From assembly GCA_027021705.1 (NCBI GenBank), contig JALUTT010000049.1, positions 1-51,785 of the forward strand: a DNA stretch of 51,785 bases, in the 5' to 3' direction. Origin of the DNA: Anaerolineae bacterium (GTDB lineage Bacteria > Chloroflexota > Anaerolineae > S140-20). Made by a program: the position numbers and the translations under genes. The number at the start of each line of letters is the position of its first letter. Position 1 is the stretch's first letter. The notes beneath the pieces are model-generated. The model was not told the DNA's origin and ran no database searches. It saw nothing but the letters and a program-made list of their open reading frames with translations. Below, in pieces: positions 39,972 through 51,785 of this stretch.

Positions 39972-42900
39972 ATGAAAGCCCGATGGTCCGTGTTCGTCAG
40001 CCTCGTCATCCTCGTCGTTGTGGTCCTCCCAAGTGGATGGAGGGCCACCCGATCCTCCGAGCCGGCCAACCGCGACCGCGCGGAGGTCTCCTTGGGACCG
40101 TTACCCCTCTACTTCATCGCCAACCAGGGCCAGGTGGACGAGCAGGTGGCCTTTTACATCAAGGGGCAGGATAAGCTGATCTACTTCACTGCCGAAGGCG
40201 TTACGTTCGTGCTGGCGGAACGTCCCTCCCCTGACGATAGGCGGGTCTCCTTCCCTAATCTACGCCTTCCGCCTTTGGCCGATCACGACACACGGCCTGT
40301 CCATCGCCGTTGGGTGGTGAAGCTGGACTTCGTGGGAGCCAACGCAGGGGTGCGCCCCATAGGGGAGGAGAGGACCAGCACCACCTTTTCGTTCTTCAAG
40401 GGCCCCCCGGATCAGTGGCACACCGGCGTTGCCACCTACCGTCGTATTGTCTACAAGGAGCTGTGGCCGGGGATTGACCTGGTCTTCTACGGCACCGTGG
40501 ATCAGATGAAGTACGAGTTCGTCGTCCATCCGGGGGCTGATCCGGGGCGGATCGGGCTGGCCTATCGGGGGGCGGAGGTGAGGCGGAACGGGGCCGGGCA
40601 ATTGGAGGTGCGCACACCGATGGGCGGCTTCACCGACGAACTCCCCACAGCCTACCAAGAGGTGGGGGGACGCCGCTTCCCTGTCGCCGTCGAGTACGCA
40701 CTGCGTGTTACCGACCGCTCACCTTCCACGACGCACCTGGCTTTCAGCCTGGGCGACTATGATCCCACCCTTCCCCTCATCATAGATCCCGCCATCCTGG
40801 TCTACAGCGGCTACGTCGGCGGCTCGTCCAGCGATACGGGCAAGGATGTCGCTGTGGATGGGGCGGGGAACCTCTACCTGGTGGGGGATACCTGGTCGTC
40901 CGAGGACGAGGGCTTTCCGGTGGTTGTGGGACCGGACCTCTCCTTCGGCGGGGTGACCGACCTCTTTGTGGTCAAGGTGCGTGCCGATGGGACGGGATTG
41001 GCCTACGGTGGCTACATCGGGGGTTCGGATTACGATTGGGGGTCCGGCATCGTCGTGGACGGGGCGGGCAACGCCTACGTGGTGGGTTCGACCAAGTCCT
41101 CCGAGACCGACGGCTTCCCCGTGGTCACGGGGCCGGACCTGAGCCACAACGGCGGTGTGGACCTCTTCGTGGCCCGGGTGCGGGCCGATGGGATGGGGTT
41201 GGACTACAGCGGCTACCTCGGGGGCTCAGGGGATGACTATGGCGCCGGCATCGCCATAGATGGATCCGGGCGGGTCTACGTGGTGGGGTATACCTACTCA
41301 TCCCAGTCCGATGGTTTTCCCATAGCTGTTGGGCCGGACCTGACCTTCAACGGCTCCTACGATGCCTTCATCGCCAGGGTGAAGGCCGACGGGACGGGGC
41401 TGGACTACAGCGGCTACATCGGCGGTTCGAAGGGGGATGCGGGCCAGGATGTCGTCGTGGACGGGGCGGGTAACGCCTATGTGGTGGGGTATACCGATTC
41501 CTCGGAGTCCGATGGCTTCCCCGTGCTCGTGGGGCCAGACCTGACCTACAACGGCGGACGGGATGCCTTCGTGGCCCGGGTGCGGGCCGATGGAACGGGG
41601 CTGGACTACAGCGGCTACATCGGCGGCTCGGAGAGCGACTCCGGCCAGGGCATCGCTGTGGATGGAGAGGGGAATGTGTACGTGGTGGGCGATGTCCAGT
41701 CTTCAGAGTCCGAGGGTTTCCCCGTGCTTGTGGGGCCAGACCTGACCTTCAATGGATGGCGGGATGCTTTCATCACCCGGGTGCGGGCCGGTGGAACGGG
41801 GCTGGACTACAGCGGCTACATCGGCGGTTCAGGCGATGACCACGGCACCGACATCGCCATAGGCGGGGATGGGAAGGTCTACCTGGTGGGGTATACCTGG
41901 TCCTCAGAGGCGGATGGCTTTCCTGTGCTTGTGGGGCCGGACCTGACCTACAACGGCGGATGGGATGGCTTTATCGCCCAGGTACGGGCCAATGGGACGG
42001 GCTTGGACACCTGCGGCTACATTGGTGGTTCGGATGATGACGCCATCTTCGGCATTGCGGTGGATGGGGCGGGGAACGCCTATGTGGGTGGGAAGGCTTC
42101 CTCATCCGAAGGGGGGGGCTTTCCCGTGCTTGTGGGGCCGGACCTGACCTACAACGGCGGCAACTCGGACGCCTTTGTGGCCAAGGTGGCTACCATAGGG
42201 CCTACGCCGACGCCCACCGCGACCCCTGTACCCACGTCCAGCCCGACCTCTACGCCCATGCCCACGTCCACGCCTGCTCCTACCTCCACACCGACCCCTG
42301 GCCCCACGGCACCGCCACCAACACCGGTGCCGGAGAGGCCCTCCCTCGACAACGTCCGCTCCTGTTTCATCGGTCCCTTCTACCTGAAGGGTGTCTGGCT
42401 GCCGAACCGCTATGATGCCTTCGTGGACTGGCGGGGCGCGACCCCCGGTTATGTGGAGTTCACCCTCAACGGGGTCACCAGTCAGGAGCCGGCCTCCGGC
42501 AATCCTGTCTCTCACGTTTACAATATGGGCAGCGATCTCCGCTACGGCCTCCTGGGTGTCCGCAACGAACTGCGCGTTCGAGCGGTCACCAAGGATGGGC
42601 GGACCTCCCCTCCCCGCACGTTGCGTCCTATCGGCATCCGGCCCCCCTGGTGGTTGCCCGTTCAGCCGGTCGTGCTCAATCCTGGGTGCCTGGAAGGAGA
42701 GGCAAAATACAAATTTGTGGGAATCCACTTCCCTGAACCGCCTTTTGAAGGCAAAGTCACCCCGCCATCCTGGTTCCCGTACATCGGCGGCCAATCCTTC
42801 GGCGTCCGGGAAACCCAGGCCGGCCTGGAAGTCGAGGTCACCAGCGCCGGCAACGGCTTGGTCAAGCTCTCCGGCCAGACGGGATTCGGTGCTGCAGGGC

Positions 42901-45827
42901 AAGCCGTAGGCGGCAAGGTCTACGGCCGGGGTGATGTCTCCACCCGGGAAGGGGGAGGTCTCCGCATTGACAGAGCCACCTTCGGCCTGGGGCTTTGGGG
43001 CAAGATCGAGGTTCCCCGTCCGGTGCTGGATGTCATTTGCAAGGCATTCACAGGGGGCGCCTGTCCGTTGAAGGAGGCCGAGGGCATCCCCGTTATCGGC
43101 AACATCATCCGGTGGTTTAACGAGAAGGCCGAGCTCAAAGTGACGATCAAACCCTCTGTAAATGCCGAGGCCACTTTCGCAGCCACTTCTTCAGGGTGGG
43201 AGTGGGAAAGGATCACAGGGGGGGCGAAGGTGCGTTTGACCCTTTCACTCATATTCGACGTCCTCGATGACTCGCTTTCCGCCACCGCCTACGGTGGCGG
43301 CGAACCTTCCATCACCCTCCAGGTCCCACCCGCCCCCTCTTATCTGAAAGAGGTAGCCGCCAAATTATTTGTCGGTCTAAAGCTGAAGGTTTGGAGGTTC
43401 GAGGACGAATTCGAAGCCTCCTACAAATGGTTCTATTCCCCCTCCGGCACCACATCCCTTTCCGCCACCGAACCGGCGGGCACACGCACCCTCTCCGTAT
43501 CCGGCTGGCACCCCATCCCCAGGGACTACGCCGCCGATCCCAAAACCTACGCCGTATTCCGGGCCAACGAGAAGCCTCTCCACCTGGCCGGTGACGTCCA
43601 GGCCCTGGGCGCCGTCGGCATCCAGGCCACCGAAGAGAACCTCATCGCCGCCAACGTCTTCCCCGAATCCCACCCCGCCGTCGCCGCCGACGGCAACGTG
43701 CTCCTCCTCTGGGTGCACGATGACTCCTCTCGGCCTCTGATGCAGGGGGAGGAGATCTACTACACCATCTACGACGGCTCCGCCTGGAGCCCTCCGGCGG
43801 GCATCACGGACGACAACCTCCAGGACTTCGCCCCCCAGGTGGCCTATGATGGCACCGGCCGCGCTGTCGCCGTCTGGGAACGGAACAAGGTGGTGCAATC
43901 CTCCTCGTCCAAGATGGACGCCGACTACGCCCGGGCCTTTGAGATCGCCTACGCGGTCTGGAACGGCACGTCCTGGACGGCGCCGGCCTATCTCACCACC
44001 AACGACGTCCTCGACCACGCACCGACGCTGGTCCGGGGCAACGATGGGGATCTGCTCCTGGTCTGGCGGCAGAACCAGGCTGGAGAACTGATGGGCACCA
44101 TCACCGATACGGATACCCTCCTCTGGACCGTCTGGGACGGCTCCGGCTGGAGCGCCCCTCAGGTGCTTCTGGGCGGGGTGGATGGCATCGTGGGCCTCGC
44201 CGCTGCCCGGCACAACGGGGGTCGGATGGCCGTAGCCTACGCTCGAGACACCGACGGCGATCTTTCCACCGATGCCGATCAAGAACTCTACCTGCTGACC
44301 TGGGATGGCTCTGCTTGGAGCGGCCCTACCCGGTTGACGGACGATGCCGAGCCCGATAACCGTCCTGCCTTCTTCTACGATGCCTCCGGCAACCCTCGCC
44401 TCCTCTGGCTCAAGGGGGATACCCTCTACGCCCTCCTGGGTGGCCTGGGGGGAACGCCCAGAGCCGTTGTCGTGGAGGCACCGGTGGCGGTGCTGGACTA
44501 CGCCGCCGCCCAGGATGGGAGTGGCAACCTGGTGCTCCTCTGGCAGGACTACTCGACCGAAGGGGTAGACCTCTTTTACGCTGCCTACGATGAAACCTAC
44601 GACCTCTTCAGCTTGGTGGAGCAGTTGACCCACGATGAGCCGTTGGAGAAGTCCATAGATCCGGTCTTCGCCCCCAACGGGGATCTATGGGTGGCCTACG
44701 GCAAGGACCAGTTGGTGACCACCACCGTCACGGTCTCACCTACGCTGGTCATCAGCGGCGTTACCACCTTCGGCCAGAGCGACCTCTATGTGCTCCGCCA
44801 TACCTTCGGGCCGGACCTGACCTTCGGTGCGGGGGGAGTCGCCGTGGACCCGGCCAATCCGGCGCTGGGGAGCGGTGCCCGCATTAGCATCACCCTCCAC
44901 AACGCGGGTGACCGGGCGGTGGCGCACCCGCAGGTGGCACTCTATCAAGGCGATCCAGACGCCGGTGGCATCCTCATTGACACGATTACCGCCCCCCTGA
45001 CCCTGGCGGGAGGGATGACGACCACCTTGACGGTGGACTGGACGGTGCCCGCTTCGGACGGCCCCTTTGCCCTCTACGCCGTCGCCGATCCGGCCGGAGC
45101 GGTGGCCGAGGGCGATGAGACCAACAACCGGACCAGCGCGCTGGTCGCGGTCCCCGACCTGATCGTGAGCGCCGTAGGAGTGGATTACGGCTCTGGACAG
45201 ACCATCACCCTCACTGCCGTCGTCAGCAACGATGGTGTGGTGGCCGCTTCTCCTGTCTTGGTGGCTTTCCGGCTGGACGATCCGGTGACGGGGACGGTGG
45301 TGGCCCAGGCCAGCCTGGGGAGCCTGGCTGCCGGCAGGGAGGCCGAGATGCAGGCGGTCGCGACGATGGCCTCGACCTCGACCGGGTGGCACGAGGTCTA
45401 CGCCGTCGTGGACCCGGCGGATGTCGTCGTGGAGGCGGACGAGCAGAACAACGTCGGTTGGTCCAGCGTGGGGGTCCTGGCCGATCTGGTGCTGGACCCC
45501 ACGGCCATCGTCACCGGCACCAATGCCGATGGAACCCAAGCGGTGAGCGTGTGGGTCTTTAACCGGGGGCTGCGAGACGCCAACGGCGTGGTGCTGGGGC
45601 TCTATCCTGTCCGCCCGATCTCGGGAACGGTGCCGCTGCTCTCCACGGTGCTGGACATCCCGGCCGGCGAGCATCGGGTGGTCACCCTGAACCTGGGTCG
45701 TTACGATCGGGGCTTCTACGTGGGTGTGAACGTCAACCAGGCCCTGGAGGAGCAGGACGTCAGCAACAACCTCCTGCGTGTGGGGGAAGTGCCCTATCTC
45801 CTCTACCTGCCGGTGGTGGTGTGGTGA
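39972..45827 (+). CDS. 1951-aa secreted surface protein: SBBP beta-propeller repeats, Pro/Thr linker, further propeller-like region, CARDB domains
   Basis: Signal peptide; FIANQGQ..LWPGIDL..KYEFVVHPGADP domain; ~7 repeats of VDGAGNAYVVG..GFPVLVGPDLTYNGG; PDL..E.DE.NN CARDB motifs; C-terminal LYLPVV. Confidence 0.85.
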   Translation: MKARWSVFVSLVILVVVVLPSGWRATRSSEPANRDRAEVSLGPLPLYFIANQGQVDEQVAFYIKGQDKLIYFTAEGVTFVLAERPSPDDRRVSFPNLRLPPLADHDTRPVHRRWVVKLDFVGANAGVRPIGEERTSTTFSFFKGPPDQWHTGVATYRRIVYKELWPGIDLVFYGTVDQMKYEFVVHPGADPGRIGLAYRGAEVRRNGAGQLEVRTPMGGFTDELPTAYQEVGGRRFPVAVEYALRVTDRSPSTTHLAFSLGDYDPTLPLIIDPAILVYSGYVGGSSSDTGKDVAVDGAGNLYLVGDTWSSEDEGFPVVVGPDLSFGGVTDLFVVKVRADGTGLAYGGYIGGSDYDWGSGIVVDGAGNAYVVGSTKSSETDGFPVVTGPDLSHNGGVDLFVARVRADGMGLDYSGYLGGSGDDYGAGIAIDGSGRVYVVGYTYSSQSDGFPIAVGPDLTFNGSYDAFIARVKADGTGLDYSGYIGGSKGDAGQDVVVDGAGNAYVVGYTDSSESDGFPVLVGPDLTYNGGRDAFVARVRADGTGLDYSGYIGGSESDSGQGIAVDGEGNVYVVGDVQSSESEGFPVLVGPDLTFNGWRDAFITRVRAGGTGLDYSGYIGGSGDDHGTDIAIGGDGKVYLVGYTWSSEADGFPVLVGPDLTYNGGWDGFIAQVRANGTGLDTCGYIGGSDDDAIFGIAVDGAGNAYVGGKASSSEGGGFPVLVGPDLTYNGGNSDAFVAKVATIGPTPTPTATPVPTSSPTSTPMPTSTPAPTSTPTPGPTAPPPTPVPERPSLDNVRSCFIGPFYLKGVWLPNRYDAFVDWRGATPGYVEFTLNGVTSQEPASGNPVSHVYNMGSDLRYGLLGVRNELRVRAVTKDGRTSPPRTLRPIGIRPPWWLPVQPVVLNPGCLEGEAKYKFVGIHFPEPPFEGKVTPPSWFPYIGGQSFGVRETQAGLEVEVTSAGNGLVKLSGQTGFGAAGQAVGGKVYGRGDVSTREGGGLRIDRATFGLGLWGKIEVPRPVLDVICKAFTGGACPLKEAEGIPVIGNIIRWFNEKAELKVTIKPSVNAEATFAATSSGWEWERITGGAKVRLTLSLIFDVLDDSLSATAYGGGEPSITLQVPPAPSYLKEVAAKLFVGLKLKVWRFEDEFEASYKWFYSPSGTTSLSATEPAGTRTLSVSGWHPIPRDYAADPKTYAVFRANEKPLHLAGDVQALGAVGIQATEENLIAANVFPESHPAVAADGNVLLLWVHDDSSRPLMQGEEIYYTIYDGSAWSPPAGITDDNLQDFAPQVAYDGTGRAVAVWERNKVVQSSSSKMDADYARAFEIAYAVWNGTSWTAPAYLTTNDVLDHAPTLVRGNDGDLLLVWRQNQAGELMGTITDTDTLLWTVWDGSGWSAPQVLLGGVDGIVGLAAARHNGGRMAVAYARDTDGDLSTDADQELYLLTWDGSAWSGPTRLTDDAEPDNRPAFFYDASGNPRLLWLKGDTLYALLGGLGGTPRAVVVEAPVAVLDYAAAQDGSGNLVLLWQDYSTEGVDLFYAAYDETYDLFSLVEQLTHDEPLEKSIDPVFAPNGDLWVAYGKDQLVTTTVTVSPTLVISGVTTFGQSDLYVLRHTFGPDLTFGAGGVAVDPANPALGSGARISITLHNAGDRAVAHPQVALYQGDPDAGGILIDTITAPLTLAGGMTTTLTVDWTVPASDGPFALYAVADPAGAVAEGDETNNRTSALVAVPDLIVSAVGVDYGSGQTITLTAVVSNDGVVAASPVLVAFRLDDPVTGTVVAQASLGSLAAGREAEMQAVATMASTSTGWHEVYAVVDPADVVVEADEQNNVGWSSVGVLADLVLDPTAIVTGTNADGTQAVSVWVFNRGLRDANGVVLGLYPVRPISGTVPLLSTVLDIPAGEHRVVTLNLGRYDRGFYVGVNVNQALEEQDVSNNLLRVGEVPYLLYLPVVVW

Positions 45828-46001
45828 GGGGAGGGTGATCTTCACCTGACCAACCGAGGCCGGCTCTTTCTGGTGTTGTGCCGGATTTCGAGGTATAATC
45901 CAGCCGCCCCGCCGTGATCCGGCAGGGCGAAGAGAGGTCGGGCCCGGAGCACCGGCGCACCCAAGCCGGTGCTCCGAGCTGCTGGAACCGGAGAGGCTCC
46001 G

Positions 46002-50540
<4,539 letters not shown>

Positions 50541-50656
50541 ATCACTGAACCCCTGAAACGCTCTGAGGGCACTGAACGACTTCGGAGGTCTCGGCGCTAG
50601 GGGCTGGTCAACGAATGTCGAACGAATGAACGAATGAGGTCGCGCAGCACAGTTCT

Positions 50657-51596
50657 ACGGCGGGAGACACGAAGGGCACCAAGAGCTCAAAGAGCACAAA
50701 GCGGTGCAAAAGTCTGGACAAGCCCTCTTGGGAGCGCCAACCTCCCATCCGTTCCAAATCCGTTCAATCCGTTCCCAATCCGTTGACAGCTCATCCGCTC
50801 CGGCCACGGCGGGAGACACGAAGGGCACCAAGATCTCAAAGAGCACGAAGCGGTGCAAAAGTCTGGACAAGCCCTCTTGGGAGCGCCAGCCCCCCATCCG
50901 TTCCAAATCCGTTCAATCCGTTCCCAATCCGTTGACAGCTATCCGTTCTCCAATCCGTTGACAGCTCGTCCGCTCCGGCCACGGCGGGAGACACAAAGGG
51001 CACCAAGAGCTCAAAGAGCACAAAGCGGTGCGAAAGTCTGGACAAGCCCTCTTGGGAGCACCAGCCCCCCATCCGTTCCAAATCCGTTCAATCCGTTCCC
51101 AATCCGTTGACAGCTATCCGTTCTCCAATCCGTTGACAGCTTGTCCGCTCCGGCCACGGCGGGAGACACGAAGGGCACCAAGAGCTCGAAGAGCACGAAG
51201 GGGTGCGAAAGTCTGGACAAGCCCTCTTGGGAGCGCCAACCTCCCATCCGTTCCAAATCCGTTCAATCCGTTCCTCAATCCGCTGACAGCTATCCGTTCC
51301 AAATCCGTTCAATCCGTTCCCAATCCGTTGACAGCTATCCGTTCTCCAATCCGTTGACAGCTCGTCCACTCCGGCCACGGCGGGAGACACGAAGGGCACC
51401 AAGAGCTCAAAGAGCACGAAGCGGTGCGAAAGTCTGGACAAGCCCTCTTGGGAGCACCAGCCCCCCATCCGTTCCAAATCCGTTCAATCCGTTCCCAATC
51501 CGTTGACAGCTATCCGTTTCCCAATCCGTTGACAGCTCATCCGCTCCGGCCACGGCGGGAGACACGAAGGGCACCAAGAGCTCAAAGAGCACGAAA
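50657..51596. repeat. Tandem array of ~175-bp units (5 full + 1 partial) with nested AATCCGTT submotifs
   Basis: Unit starts (ACGGCGGGAGACAC) at 50657, 50806, 50981, 51156, 51377, 51552; lengths 149, 175, 175, 221, 175. Confidence 0.95.
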
Positions 51597-51785
51597 ATGC
51601 CTAAACCTCTCAGGTTCTTCGACGCAACCTTGACGGCGCTGCTCCTGGCCCTGCTGGCGCTGGCCGGCTGCCGGGGGCCGGCTCCCTCCACCCCATCTCC
51701 CCAACCCCCTACGCCGGGGCTCGCCGTTTCCCCCGCCGTCCGGCCCACCACCCCCCAGGCCACCCCCATCACCCCCTCGCCCGAC
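51597..51785 (+). CDS. Lipoprotein, N-terminal part (runs off the window)
   Basis: MPKPLRFFDATLTALLLALLALAGC: hydrophobic stretch with LAGC lipobox, then Pro/Thr-rich linker. Confidence 0.75.
   Translation, partial: MPKPLRFFDATLTALLLALLALAGCRGPAPSTPSPQPPTPGLAVSPAVRPTTPQATPITPSPD

Noticed and set aside
50657..51596. CRISPR array or protein-coding repeats
   Set aside because: No unique spacers; the short ORFs on both strands are translations of the repeat.

Overview
GC-rich bacterial chromosomal window, probably Chloroflexota (Anaerolineae-like). This is inferred from Pro/Thr-rich linkers and 'YLPLVLR/YLPVV' motifs in secreted proteins. Housekeeping genes: polX, ligA, queG, gnd. Large secreted proteins: an S8 protease, a GerMN-amidase-FN3 protein and an SBBP/CARDB protein. 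Sugar metabolism: a Thermotoga-type hexuronate/gluconate route (UxaE, mannonate oxidoreductase, LarA-type epimerase, GntK, Gnd, IolO-like) and a split mannose-family PTS. Accessory or defence inserts: an orphan Zn-ribbon adenine methyltransferase with an internally deleted restriction endonuclease, an AAA-ATPase/RloB pair, a Doc-type toxin-antitoxin module, and a CHAT-STAND-TPR NLR-like protein with an N-terminal RHIM-like amyloid-type motif. The most unusual DNA is non-coding: a lone IS200-type HUH (Y1) transposase inside about 1.6 kb of co-oriented tandem hairpin repeats (REPtron-like), two copies of a small MITE, GTAG-type REPs, a ~175-bp tandem array, and a triple-ACGAAT motif linking several of these repeat classes. 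All calls come from motif recognition only; no database searches were run.
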